Part shown: positions 1 to 13,342 of the stretch, piece by piece | How positions within the stretch are numbered: the stretch's first letter is position 1 | How the letters are laid out: every line of letters begins with the position of its first letter | Assembly: GCF_009914755.1 (NCBI RefSeq) | Contig: NC_060934.1 | Strand: one strand, 5' to 3' | DNA: 64,000 nt | DNA from: the human T2T-CHM13v2.0 reference genome, Homo sapiens | Notes under the pieces: model-generated | The model's database searches: none | What the model saw: the letters and a program-made list of their open reading frames with translations, nothing else | What the model was told of the DNA's origin: nothing | Translations under genes and position numbers: made by a program

Positions 1-164
1 GGATACACTATTTCTAGATGTCAAAAAGAGGAAAAGGTGAAGATCAGGAGGCACAACATTCCAAGGATATAAAAGCAAATGTGAAAATGCCATAAAGTGG
101 ACATCGGCTTGGCCTGTTGAAGGCTGAAAAGTAAGTCTGGGCTGAGTAGATGGGGCTGGCATCA

Positions 165-380
165 CATTTGATAGTTTAGCTCTGCCACTTAGTTTTCATT
201 TTCTACTTTAAAGACTTACTCTCATTTCTCATCTTAGGTTTCCACATCATTACATGTGGCTTACAATGCTTCCATTACAAGGTTTTCTACGAATAAATTA
301 CAGAATGTATACTGACCACTTAGTGCTTGGCAAATATTAAAATGAAAATAAATATTAGTTGTCACTGATATTATTATTAA
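165..380 (+). mobile_element. MIR SINE fragment, degraded
   Basis: GCTCTGCCACTTAG core start and a 3' end resembling MIR (CTTAGTGCTTGGCA...AATAAATATTAG...TTATTATT). Confidence 0.5.
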
Positions 381-469
381 TTTGTAATATCTTCCCTGTC
401 TTCCACAGTATACCATACTCCAAACTGAATCATTATTCTAACTATTATTATTATTAGCAGTATTAGTAT

Positions 470-594
470 TATTTTGCAGAGAGGGGTTCTTGCTTTGTTT
501 CCCAGGTTTGTCTTTAACTCCTGGGCTCAACTGAACCTCCGACCTCAGCCTTCCAAAGTGCTGGGATTGCAGGCTTGAGCCATCACGCCCAGCC
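470..594 (-). mobile_element. FLAM_C / free left Alu monomer
   Basis: Reverse-strand left monomer: CTCCTGGGCTCAA...CCAAAGTGCTGGGATTGCAGGCTTGAGCCATCACGCCCAGCC; no right arm. Confidence 0.85.
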
Positions 595-869
595 TAAATG
601 TGATGTTTCATTTTTCAGAAATGCCACCCCTCATCCTGAACTCCATGCACTGAAACATTCATCACCACCCTCGCCATCTTTTCTATCAGCCTGTTCAAAA
701 GTTCCAGATGGCTCTTCAATGATTCTGTCTTCACATTTGACGATATGTTAATTGATTCAATATATGCCTGTATTACAGATCCAAGCAAAGTCTATGTTGC
801 CTTCACCAGTGTTCAGATACACCTGGGTAGGTATTTTGTAGGGTTGGGACTCCTGAGGTCTATTTGCAT

Positions 870-1340
870 GGGCCTATATCAGGAAAGTGAAACCCATTCC
901 AGGTAGCCAACTAGTAAGGTTTTAAAATAGAAAACTAGCTACAAACATGTGGGAGGAGCTTAAATACCAAACAGTTGATAAAAAGGTAACCCCCAAATTA
1001 GCAAAAGTAGAAAGTTGTTATCACCCTTAGGCTACAGGAATAAGGGAGGGAATGGAATTTCCAGAGTCCGAGAGACTGGTTACCTTGGTGGGGTAGAAAT
1101 GGTAGGAGGTGAGGTCAAGGGGAGATGTCCAGCAAGAACGGGAACCATAGGAGACATGCAGTCCTCTCTAACAACACTACCAAAAACAGAGAAAATGAGA
1201 ACTAACTCAAGTTTTTCTTTTCTCCCTCTGTTCAAACTCTTGTGAGTGTTCACTGTTGCCCAGACCTAGCTGGAAGCCAGAAGGAGAGGGAGTCCTGGGA
1301 AACAGAGTTTGCAGGGGTCAATCCCCTATGATATGAAGCC
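870..1340 (-). mobile_element. Old ERVL-type solo LTR (LTR33-like), degraded
   Basis: CAGGAAAGTGAAACC start and CCTAGCTGGAAGCCAGAAGGAGAGGGAGTCCTGGG motif; resembles 13610-14000 and the reverse of 31330-31826; family uncertain. Confidence 0.4.
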
Positions 1341-2129
1341 AAGCAGGGGAAATGCAGGAAATGCACCTGAGCACAGACAAGTGAAACAGACAGCACAGGA
1401 ACAGACACCAGGACCGCCATACCACACACTGCACATCCCCACCTGAACGCTCTGCTGTGATATTTGTGCAGCACACACAGGCAGCTTGGGAGTGATCAGA
1501 CACCTAGGAAACAACTTGTCTTTCAATAAGAGTCAGATATTCATATTTTCCTGAGAAAGGGGACAATGTGTGATAAGCACACATTGCCAGTCACTTAACT
1601 TCTCCCTCCTGCCTGAGCTCAAGGACAGTCTGCAAACCAAACCTGAATGAGCTATTTAACGAATACATTCAAGTATAAGGGGTCCCAGGCAGAACTGCCT
1701 TGAGTTGTGGGCAACAGAGTGTGATACAAAGGTATAGCCAAAAGATCTCCCACATTAGCAGAAATTACACTGACTTTTGTCATAATAAGCTCAAATCATT
1801 CCTGTAGTAATAGGCCTTAATGCTCTCCATAGTTACCTTGATGCACCAGATCTTGACTGCTAGACACCCCAGTTCAGGTATCAGCAGACAGCAACAACAA
1901 CAACAGCACAGCAAGAAGTCTCGTTGAGTCCTAGCTATAAAGCCCACATCATGATACCTGGACCTAAACATTGACTCACCACACTGAACTGGATCAAGAA
2001 GGAATAAAAGGATAGAAATATTAACATTGCTGATGCGATTGTCCATGAGCCCATGATAATACATATCATTTATTGTTATATAAATATGTGCTTTATATAA
2101 TTCTCTCTTTCATATAATTCTCTCTTTCA

Positions 2130-2220
2130 TCACGTTTGAGACATTGTAGATTCTAAATCACATCCCAATTTCAAAGATGCTGAAATAGAAAAAAATGCAC
2201 TTCAGAGCCAATGAAATATA
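2130..2220. mobile_element. MER104-like (TcMar-Tc2) DNA transposon fragment
   Basis: CACATCCCAATTTCAAAGATGCTGAAAT...AAAAAATGCAC...ATGAAATA matches one end of recalled MER104; opposite orientation to the copy at 58426. Confidence 0.55.
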
Positions 2221-2249
2221 TGATACATAAAACTAGACACGTATTTATA

Positions 2250-2460
2250 ATAAATAACAATGGATCACTTATTTTACATCAGGCACTGTACCACACATTT
2301 TTATTCTCATTAATCTTTATAACAAATATGTGGAGGGAGGTACTTTGTTTATCTTTATTTTACAAATGGTGAAACTGTGATTAGGAAACTTGTCTGTGGT
2401 CGCAAAACTATTAAGCTGTGTAGTCTGGATTCAAATTCCAAGCTCATGCTGACATCCATT
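2250..2460 (-). mobile_element. MIR SINE
   Basis: CAGGCACTGT...TTTTACAAATGGTGAAACTGTGA...ACTTGTC...GGATTCAAATTCCAAG is the reverse MIR core. Confidence 0.7.
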
Positions 2461-3723
2461 TTTTTACACTGCTTCTATGTGGATCACTTCCTGAGAGCTT
2501 TCAAAAAAGTATTATCTTAGGAAAGATACTAAAAAGAGGATATAGAATATATCTGACAATGTTAAGTAGGAGACAGGAGAATTTAGGCTTTTTGTTTTGT
2601 TATTGTGAATCAATAACTACATCCATTGCATACACACACATACACGCACACACAAAAACACACATCACACACATATATACACAGTGGTGTGACCTAAGAA
2701 AAGCTGGATTACATGTAGGTGCTTAATCATAATGATGTCTGGGTTTTGTGGGTGGACCAGGACTATGTATCTCTTATCACTATATATCCCATGGCATCTG
2801 TTTCAGTGATTTTCATTTGAATACTCAACACGTGTTTTCTCAGTGAGTGAATAAATTAATACATTAAGCATTGTGTGTATACAGGGAATATGGGTACAAT
2901 GATACTGAGTAAAGAGGGTCTAAGAGACTGTTCCTAGCTCGATTAGGGCTTAGCTAATCAATGTCATCTAGGTATAAGCAGAAAAATATGCCAATTGAAA
3001 GGTTAGATCTCTTTTAATTATACTGGGGCACTTGCAAAAAAGGGGCTGTCTCATAAATTTTTCACTAGCTAAAATGATAAAATATTGATTCAGAACTCAC
3101 AATTAATCCTTATAAGTAGACGAGGCTTTTAATAATTCAGTCATGTCTCTCCATGGTCTTGTTTGTTCCCTCCCCATGGCTGGGTAGAAGCTGCTTTCTG
3201 AAAAGATGGAGACCATTTTTACCCAACAGCATCAGCTCAGATTCTTGTGATTATAACACAGCATGGTAAATATTAACTAACTCTTAAGTGCTTAGCCTCA
3301 TTCCCCAAACACTTTCTAAAGCAGAAACACAGGTCATTCTCCTTCCATGTGTGCCTACTTGAAATCTGTTTTGTTTTAGATGTTCAATTGGATACCTTCT
3401 TCTTTTGACTTCCAATTAACTCTGACACTCTGAGTTATAAAACACACTACAGTTTTGAGAATGTAGATATAAAATGACACATGGACAGTTTCTCAAAGGG
3501 TTGCATACAGGGTCACTAGAGACTTCAAGCCCTGGCTCTGTCATCAAGCTGCTTTGAGAAAGCATGGCACTCTACCAGGCATCAGTTTTCTTATTTGGAA
3601 AACGTTGGTCCCCTCAAGGCCTGTTTTGACTTAACTTTCTTGAGCTGAAGTACTACCATTCTATGAGTACAGGTACTTTTGGTTCAAATAAATTCTGTAG
3701 AATACACTTAGTAAGAGGGGCAA

Positions 3724-4041
<318 letters not shown>

Positions 4042-4799
4042 AAGGGGGGCAACATCTTAGTCAAAAAAAAAGACTTTTCTGTTTTAGTAGAAAAGATGCC
4101 AGATGTGAGGCTCTTCTATTCCTGATGGTTTAAGGGTTTCTATGATGTTGTTTTTGGTCCATCTCCAAAGTAAACAAATTCCCATTTAAACCATGTGCTC
4201 TGATGTTGTCATCCAGATATTATTTTTCTTTTGTTTTTATATTCTGCAAATCTTAGTTGGCAGACATATCTTAGACCCACAGGGGAAGAACAAATACTAT
4301 AATATCATTTTTATGATTACAATTCATATCAAAGTAGGGAATTGCATAGATACAGTGTTGGAGAGAAGAAGAGGTATACATTTCAAGTAAGGTCTCTAAA
4401 TCCAGGAGTTTAAAATGTATATTTTTGATCAAACAGAATCCTCTGGCTCTGTTTCCTAAGTTTCTCTAAACTTCTGCAGTTTCTTCTCTTATTTCCCCTA
4501 AAAATATAGTTTATTCCTATTCTTTGGTTTTTGTTTTCTACTTTGAAAACAAACTTTCAATTCCAAGTGACAAGGCAAAGTCACTAGGTGAAGACACTTA
4601 AATTTGAGACTCTTTAGCTATAAAGAAGTTTAGAAGCAAGTTGAGGCTCAACTATTTAATTGCCATATATTACTTATTATCTTCTAGAAGTCTGCATTCT
4701 TACTTTTTCTTATGGCTTGATCCACTAAATTCACCAATGAGTCTGATATTTTTTGCTTTCTTTTCTTATATACATATAAAATCAATCTTGCTATAGATT

Positions 4800-5006
4800 G
4801 CTGCTTCATGCCTTCTGCCATGTGAGGACACAGTGAGAAGATGGACAACTATGAACCAGGAAGTGAGCCCTCACCAGACGCTAAGTCTGACAGTGCCTTG
4901 ATCTTGAACTTTCTGGCCTCCAGAAATGTAAAAAAAAAAAAAGTATGTTGTTTATAAGCACCTAGTCTGTAGTATTCTGTTACTGCAGCCCAAATAGACT
5001 AACACA
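4800..5006 (+). mobile_element. MLT1A-type MaLR LTR, 3' half
   Basis: GCCATGTGAGGACACAG...CCCTCACCAGAC...CCTTGATCTTGAACTT...GCAGCCCAAATAGACTAACACA. Confidence 0.85.
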
Positions 5007-5233
5007 CTAGGTTTTTAACTGTTGATCTTGTATTCTTTTTCTCGTTCAGCTCTTTATAAATTGTGTTCCACTGGAGATAATATTCTGTAATATATTGATC
5101 ATGTTCCCTATTGTATCTCTCCTTGCAAAAGTAATACAAGAGATAAACTTGCTAAAAATTATATAACTCGACATTGTCATAAATCCTATCCAACTCCTTC
5201 CCATGTAGGTACCCCACCACCACCACCCCACCA

Positions 5234-5236
<3 letters not shown>

Positions 5237-5272
<36 letters not shown>
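5237..5272. repeat. (CA)n microsatellite
   Basis: Perfect AC run. Confidence 0.95.
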
Positions 5273-5274
<2 letters not shown>

Positions 5275-5409
5275 AGAACACTCAGTAACATCTTAACAGG
5301 AATGTTAGTGTTGTAAGAATACAGTTGGAGGAAGTCACATTGACCATGGTCAGAACACTATGAATTATAGTAGTTGTAGTACCCATCATTTTCTGGAGTG
5401 CTGACCTGC

Positions 5410-5635
5410 CTGCCAGTCCTTGATTCAAAAGTCATACTTCTATTATATACATCTGGTCAACTCATTCAGGTATACTACTTAAAATCAAAGCCTGCTTCTT
5501 TGTTAGTAAAATGAGTACAATAAAAACCTTATGTGGTTGTTTTGAAAATTGAATGGAAGAATACATATAAAAAGCCTGACATAGAGTAATAAACCCTATT
5601 GGTAATTGTTGTTATTGCTACAACTATCATTATTG
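5410..5635 (+). mobile_element. MIR SINE
   Basis: GTAAAATGAGTACAATAAAAACC...GGTTGTTTTGAAAATTGAATG...GCCTGACATAGAGTAA. Confidence 0.6.
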
Positions 5636-5678
5636 CCATCTGCTAGGGCCTCTGACACAGTGCCATGCTGATGTAGGT

Positions 5679-5698
5679 ACTGCTGCCCTCTGCTGGAA
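5679..5698 (-). promoter_or_regulatory. Candidate CTCF binding motif
   Basis: Minus strand reads CCAGCAGAGGGCAGCAG, matching the CTCF core CCASYAGRKGGCRS; occupancy cannot be inferred from sequence. Confidence 0.5.
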
Positions 5699-7874
5699 TT
5701 GTTTCAGCCTGTTTTGCCTCCTAAGACAAATGAAGGTCATTGATCTTTTCACAAAACCTCCCAAGTTCTTGTCAGCCCTTCACCCAGTACTGACCTTCTT
5801 AGCGGTTCATGCACTGACCTTGCAAATGCTAAGAGGTAGATAATTAGCCATGCTCTTAACTCATACAGCTCGTCATACCAGTCACTTTAATGTGGGGTGA
5901 TAAAATTTGTAATTTTTATGAGGCTTACCCTGCAGATCTAAACTATAAAATATGCCATGGAAAGATAGTGGATAGCTGGGGGAAGTGCTACCTGAGGTTT
6001 AAAATATGACCCTAACAAATTCATCTCAATTCCACCAACCAGGCTTCAGAATTAAAGAGAATGGGTACCTGTAACAACAAAAGCATCCACAGAAAAATGT
6101 CTCTTCTTCCTATCTCTTTATTTTTATTTGTGGTTTAAGACATTTCTAAAAGTAGTTTCACATAAGCATTTACAAATGCCATTTAGATATATCACTTCAC
6201 ATTGGGCCAAACAGTGCATATTTAATGAGTTATTTGCTGAAGCCATTCTCTCTCATTAATAATGGACAGATGGACCACTAGCTCAAATCAGTTTTAATGA
6301 ATGTGGGCTAAGGCATAGGCCTAAAATATCCAGATTCCTGTATTTACATTTTTCTGATATTTTCACCCTTGACATCATAGAACTTTTTCTTTTTCCTTTT
6401 TCTCCCAAAGTAGATTTTTTTCACCTGTCTGCTCACAATTAAACTGTAAACACTCACCAGCTTAATCTGTCCTATTTCCTCTCTTCATATCACCTGAGGA
6501 TTTAAACATGCCTTATTGATTCTCAATCATGCAAATCTTTCCTATAAACAAATCTATTCATTCAGCTCTGATCAGCAGCTATTAGTAAGCAACACACATT
6601 GGCAAGGTAAACTAAACACTGCAGATGAGTTAGGAAAAAAATCACTGATGTGCTTATCCAAATTCTGTGTGGCATGTGAAAATGTTTTTTCCTTTTTTTC
6701 CATTATGACAGCTGTCTAAGTGCAAGGTTCTAAGGAAAGATTAAGATGCTGGTGACTTAAAACACGATGACTTGGAGCCCAGTAATGGAAGATTTTTATG
6801 ATTTCAGATTCCTTTTGAGTTGACAAAACAAAACAAATATTTATATTTAAGTTGATTTTTCAACTATAAATTGATTCTGAAGCAAAGTTCTGTTTTTTGT
6901 GGGCTAACACAAAGGAACTCAAGACAATTCCTGGAAGCCAAAAGTTACAACATACCTTAAAGATCACCCAACCAATCCAATTACCCACTGTCTGGCAAAG
7001 GGACTGTCTTTCCAGAAGAAACCCACTCCTCCTCTTTCTCTTGCATTGAGTTTTAATTCCTGGGTCCTGATGACATCAGAAAATGATTCTCAGCTACGTC
7101 CACCCACTGGAAACACCTGGGTCTTCCTCAGATTAATTCAACCAGAATGTTGTCGAGTTTTTGGGAGAGAATAATGCCTCTGATGAGAGGTTGCATAGCA
7201 TGTTTTAAAACCTTCAGTAATTAGAAATTCACCTATTTCAATGACAATCCATTCCAATGTAGAAGATGATTACGAAAAATTGCTTATCTCAAGCTGAACC
7301 CTGAAAAAGTTTTATTTTGTAATCACGCAAAATGCATATTTCCTCCACTGCACGAATATTATCTTCTTTAAATACATAGCCAGATTTCTTTTTCATTATA
7401 AAATGATTTTTTGCCTTCACCATCCTAATTGCTTGACCCTGAGTAACAGGCACTTTATCAATTTATCTTAATTAGTGTCTTGCAAATAAATGATGTATTA
7501 AAAGTAGAGAACAGACCATGCAGAGAACAGACCAAACATTCTCTTTCTTGGAATATTAAATTGAAGTGGGCATAATAGAAGTCCCCCCTCCATGTTGCTG
7601 TCAACAAATGTTTGTGAAACAGTGATTCTCAAATAGGTAAGTAGAGAGGTTACCAAAATCTCAAATTTTATCCTGCCCCCTCCAAATTGCATACAGCTCT
7701 CCCGCCTCTCATGATTACTATTTTTTATAGAAAATCAAGAAAGTTTCCCTCTGTCTTATAACTACATCTGACACTATCACTCTTTTGGATAAATTGTTTC
7801 ATTGACTATTCTCTTTTTGGTTATTTGCAACTTCATAGCAAATAACCAATACAAACTTCTCTACTTATTTTTAG

Positions 7875-8010
7875 CTATTCTACTTCCCTAAGGCTTAGGT
7901 TTTGCATTTATAATGTGTGAATAAGACCACCTATATCTTAGGGATAGTGCAAGGATTGAAATTGATGATTTTCAGTGTCTGTCATCTGTTCAGTGCTCAA
8001 TAAATCTTGG
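7875..8010 (+). mobile_element. MIR SINE, 3' part
   Basis: ACCACCTATATCTTAGGGATAGTGCAAGGATTGAA...GTGCTCAATAAATC. Confidence 0.55.
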
Positions 8011-8415
8011 CCTAAAAATAATGACATGCAAGGCTTTCATGAACTGACTTTTATGTACTTTAGCTATCTCATGAGCCTTCCTTCAGCTTTTGTATCATGA
8101 ACTCCAACCATTCTCAATAGGTATCATTTCTATAACTTGCAGATTTGATTTCCAATGACTTAGTTTAGAGCCAAATAGAACACTGGCCTTTTCACATATA
8201 ATTCTATGCTACAATATCTCTCTATTATGCATTTGGGCTCTAGTTTCTGTGAACCAAAAGATAATACAATTATCAAAATTTCACCTCACCAGACCAAGTC
8301 CAGGATTTCAGTATTTTCTAATGTTTTTTATTTTAACTCTCTCATTTAATATATTAATGATGTGTTTTTCCACCATCAATATTTAACCCCTAAGTAGAAG
8401 ATTAATGGAATAAAG

Positions 8416-8637
8416 CAGGAGTGTCCAATCTTTTGCCTTTCCTGGGTCACATTGGAAGAAGAATTGTCTTGGGTCACACATAAAATACATGAACACTAAT
8501 GATAGCTGATGAGCTAGAAAAAAAATGCAAAAAAAAAAATCATGATGTTTTAAGAAAGTTCACAAAGTTGTGTTGGGCTGCATTAAAAGCCATGCTGGGC
8601 TACACGTGGCCCTTCAGCTGCAGGTTAGACAAGCTTG
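8416..8637 (+). mobile_element. MER30 (hAT-Charlie non-autonomous element), full length
   Basis: CAGGAGTGTCCAATCTTTTG...GGTTAGACAAGCTTG termini; degenerate 8-bp TSD GAATAAAG/AAACAAAG; homologous to 63300-63534 in reverse. Confidence 0.9.
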
Positions 8638-10006
8638 AAACAAAGTTTCTGATATTAAGAAGCTTATATTCCAAGTAAAAAAGACAATCCCATTCAAGAA
8701 TAATGGCAAAATAACATATTAGCAAGTTAGAACATATACATGATAAGAAAATTATACGACAATGGTTAGATATGTACTAAACAGAAATCTAGGTAAAGAA
8801 ATTTTCAGAGTAGGAAAATCTTGAACAGTAACTTGGAGGAAACTAGTTTTGAGACAGAACTTAAAGTAACCACTGAATATAAACTCATAAAAAGGAGCTG
8901 AGAAGAGGAAAGTTTTGCATGGAAGTGCATGAGTAAATGGTCAGAAGTAGGGATAAGCAAGGTTTATATGACAGAAGGAAAGTTGATACCAGCTTTCCAA
9001 GCTTTATTTCCCTAAGGTAAGTAAATATTTTCATTTAGGTTCTCTACTTATATTTATCTAAAATCATCAGTGAGTTTGAATACATACCACAAATTTACAG
9101 GTAAACCTTCAGCTTATGTTTACCATTTTAGAGATGTCTGGCCTGAATAATTATAGGATTGGTCCACACTAGGAATTTGCATTCCAAAGAAAAATACTGC
9201 CAATGTGGAAAAATATTTTATCCAAATCTTTGGAGGTGGAGAAAGGAGAGTATTAAAGTAATGATTTAAAAAGACACTTACATGTTTTGCTCTTTGGATT
9301 AATCTTCTCTGTATTGTATGAATAACCACAATATGCAATGTACCATCTGGAAAACCAAACACTGGAAACCTGGAGGGCTAGTGTTTTATAAATCTCCTGA
9401 TTCCAATATTCTCTGGTCTCTAAAGTATTATAAAATAGATATAGAACCAGTGGACTGCCTTTTGTTTTCCCTCTAACTCATGAACTAGTTTCTGTTATGA
9501 AACTTGGGCTGTACCTGCAATTCTCAAAAACATCCATATTGAAATCTTTTAAGGAATTACTTTAACATGGTGTAAAAAGGATAAAAGATCTTTTGATATT
9601 CAATATTTTTCTTATGAAAAAAGATGTCCTGTGCAAATTTCGACTAACTGGAAGTTTATAATGTATTAAGAATCCTAAAACTCATGACACTTAACAAAAT
9701 TATATGGCAGTATTAGATAAGAGAAAATAAATTTATTTTCCAATCACTGTAATTAAGAAAATCATTAGGGAAAATGTGGAATTTAAACAAGGACTGGGTA
9801 GAAAAAATATTTGGTATGGTTAGAATTGGGTAGGACTTGCCAGGAATTGAAAATTGCAGGACTAAAAAGACATATTGTTACCTACAAAGATTTTTCATAG
9901 ATTCCTAGCAACATAAATTTATGTTAAGTTTGGTAGTCTCCCAGACAACAGTCGGTCAGAATTGCCAACTATAGACTTGTTATATTAGGATTTTGGATTT
10001 AGAGCA

Positions 10007-10487
10007 TGTGGTGGTTAATATTATGTATCAACTTGCCTGGGCTAAGGAATGCCCAGATAGCTGTACCTGGTAAAATATTGTTTCTAGATGTATCTGTGAG
10101 GATATTTCCTGGAGATACTAGTATTTGAATCAGTAGGCTGAGAAGGTCCAGCCTCATCAGTGTGAGTGGGCATCATCCAATCTATTGAGAGCCCAAATAA
10201 AACAAAGAGAGAAAAGGTGACTTCCACTTCCTCTTTCTCTCTCTCTCTCTCTCTTTTTGAGCTAGATCATCTATTTTCTCCCATCCTTAGATATCAGAAC
10301 TCTTATTCTTGTGGCTTTGGCCTGTGGGACTTACACCACTGCCACTCACCCCTTGTTTTCATAACTTTGGAATAAGAATGGTAGTTATAGTATTGGCTTT
10401 TCTGGTCCTCAGGCCTTCAGACTTGGACTGAATGACTCCACTGTCTTTGCTAGTTCCTCAGTTTGCATAATAGCATAGTATCTCTCA

Positions 10488-10532
<45 letters not shown>

Positions 10533-10623
10533 GACAGATAGATAGATAGGACAGATAGATAGATAGATAGATATTGGAGGTATCTATCTATATACATAGA
10601 GAGAAGGAGAAAGAGAGAAGGAG

Positions 10624-10658
<35 letters not shown>

Positions 10659-10694
10659 CAAGAGAGAGAGCAAGAGAGAGCCCTAACAAATACA
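10007..10694 (+). mobile_element. MLT2 (HERV-L) solo LTR
   Basis: TGTGGTGGTTAATATTATGTATCAACTTG...GGGCATCATCCAATC...CAGGCCTTCAGACTTGGACTGAA...CCCTAACAAATACA. Confidence 0.85.
10489..10680. repeat. Compound (TAGA)n + (GA)n microsatellite inside MLT2
   Basis: TAGA array 10489-10573 followed by a GA/GGA-rich array 10598-10680. Confidence 0.95.
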
Positions 10695-10809
10695 GAGGGT
10701 AAGTTTTGTTTGGCAGCACATTTTGATTGTTTGTATTTATTTATTTGCTTTTGGTTATATTCAAGAACTTTAATTTTTTTTCATCTTGAGTTCCAAATGG
10801 AGGCATCTC

Positions 10810-11740
10810 TTTTTTCCCCCCAAGCTTTACTAAGGTATAATTGACAAATAAAAATTGTATTATTTACTGTGTACAATGTGATATTTTGATATGTATAAAC
10901 ATTGTGATTACCACCATCAAGCTAATTAACATATCTGCCCCCTCACATAGCTATCATTTTGTTTTTTGTGGTAGGTATATTTAAGATCTACTTTCCTAAC
11001 AAATATCATGAATACACTACTTTACTATTTGCTATTGTCACCATGTTGTACTTTAGGTCTCCAGAACTTACTCCTCTTAAAGCTGAAAGCTTGTACTTTT
11101 GACTAACATCTTTCCATTTCTTATGGTCCTCAATCCCTGGTAACATTTTTCTTTCTCTGTGTCTCTGAGAGTACATTCCACATGTAAGTGAGACTATTAA
11201 GTAATTATCTTTCTGCCTCTGGGGTATTTCACTTAGCACGATGTGTTCCAGACTCTTCCATGTTGTCACAAATGTCAGGTTTCCTTATTTTTAAAAAATG
11301 AATAATATTCCAGTGTGTATGGCTATCACATTTTAAAAATCTATTTAACAATGAACAACTACTTAAGTTATTTTCATATCTTGGCTATTGTGGATAATGC
11401 TGCAATAAACATAGGGATAAGGATAACTTTTCCGAATAGTGATCTCACTTTCTTTGAAAATATACCCAGAAGTAGGATTGCTGAATCATGCAATAGTTCT
11501 ATTTTTAATTTTTTTTTGAGGAACAAACATACTGTTTTCCATAATTGCTGTATTAATTGTTATTTCCACAAACAATGTACACAGATCCCCTTTTCTTCAA
11601 ATCCTCCTAACACTTTTCTCTTGTCCTTTTGATATAGCCATCCTAAGAAGTGAGAGAGATCTCATTATGGTCTTGATTTGTATTTTCCTGACGACTAATG
11701 CTGTTGAGCACTTTTTCATGTACCTGTTGGCCATTTTCCA
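10810..11740 (-). mobile_element. L1MA (L1MA8/9-like) 3' end
   Basis: GGTATAATTGACAAATAAAAATTGTAT 3'UTR end, ATACCCAGAAGTAGGATTGCTG; minus ORF 11597-11794 contains ORF2 C-terminal residues (ANRYMKKCSTAL...IQIKTIMR). Confidence 0.9.
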
Positions 11741-13059
11741 ACAGACATTTATTTTAGAATAGCAGGAATTTGTAGTTTTCTTTCTTGCCCTCATAAACTC
11801 TCTATACCAATAATACTATAAAATCAGATTAAGTACATATATCTGCAGAGAAAACAAATTAACAAAGAAATTATCATTTACAATAAAATAGTAAAATCTT
11901 TACTAAAGAATAGCTAAGAACAAGAATAGGGATTACTAAATATTAAAATTCTAATAACACATGACATAGATTTCATTCAACTTCCTCAGGTGCTACAAAA
12001 CCATTTTAGGTTAAGATGTATAAAACTGACTATGTACCCCTAATATAGAAAAAAATGTTGATATAGAAACTCACACTTCCCAATGCAGACTTTTTTTCCT
12101 GAATTAAACTTGGACAGATCTATTGCCAAAACTGTCAAATACGTTTTTCAAATAATTATATTAATATTAGTTAATGAATTCATAAATACACAATGATCAT
12201 AAGGAGCTAAATTGGTAACTGATCTCTAGGCACAGAAGGTCTGATAGTAGGTCAGTCTTATAGGAATCTGGTTTTGTATGAGTGGAAACCTTCTCTTTTT
12301 GCAACATTCAGGTACCCAGATTGAAGCCAGAATCTAACTTTAGGATGTTAACAGAACATTGTTGTTATATTTTTTAAAGATTAAATAATGTTTTGTATAG
12401 TTTTCCTTTGTTGTTCTTTATTCTTATTTCAAAGTATTTGCTCTTTGTAATGAACAATTATGTATTTTTCTCTACATAACTGTAATACTGTGACTTCTCC
12501 CTCTTCAGTTCCAACTTGTTGATATAATTGTTTAATATTCTACCTATCCATTCATAATAGTTTTCTATATACATATAAATGCATGTGTTTTTCCTTTATT
12601 ATTTTCCTTTTTTGATAAGATTAACTTATACGTTTACTTCATTATGGCGAGTAATCACGGGGTTTACTATCCAAGAAGGACAGTAAATGGTTGTTTAAAT
12701 TTACACTCACATCAGTAGTCTATGAGAATGCAGCTATTCCTAAGGTTTTTTTTTTTTTTTTTAGCACCAACTGAAAATAATCCTTTCCATTTTGTGAATT
12801 TAAAAAAATGGTATATTATTGTTTTAATTTGCAATTATCTATCTACTAGTGAAGTTGGATGTCTTTTCATGGGGTTGTTTGATGTTTGCATTTAATTTCT
12901 TGTGAATTTCCTACTCAAATTTATTGTCCATTTTCCTTCTGTTGTTTTTTAAAAACAATTTATAGATCTTTTTATATTAAAGAAATTAACATTTTGCCCA
13001 TTTTTTGTGATGTCAATATTTTCTTCTGTCTTTTTTTTCCTTTTGACTATTTTTGATAA

Positions 13060-13342
13060 TTTTTTTTTTTTTTTGAGACAGAGTCTCGCTCTGTCGCCCA
13101 GGCTGGAGTGCAGTGGCGCAATCTCGCCTCTTCCCGAGTTCACGCCATTCTCCTGCCTCAGCCTCCCGAGTAGCTGGGACTACAGGGGCCCGCCACCACA
13201 CCCGGCTAATTTTTTTTTTTTTTTTTTTTGTATTTTTAGTAGAGACAGGGTTTCACCATGTTAGCAAGGATGGTCTCGATCTCCTGACCTCGTGATCCGC
13301 CCGCCTCAGCCTCCCAAAGTGCTGGGATTACAAGCATGAGCC
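13060..13342 (-). mobile_element. AluY with internal deletion and clipped 5' end
   Basis: AluY diagnostics TTCACGCCATTCTCC and GGATGGTCTCGATCTCCTGACCTCGTGATCC; lacks GCTCACTGCAAGCTCC and the terminal ACCGCGCCCGGCC. Confidence 0.9.

Noticed and set aside
1780-2064. CAG/CAA run suggesting a polyQ or polyC coding exon
   Set aside because: Very short run, stops nearby in the Q frame, no splice context and no recognisable protein
9014-9022. Consensus splice donor AAG/GTAAGT
   Set aside because: Isolated, next to a degraded L2-like tract, with no supporting acceptor or ORF
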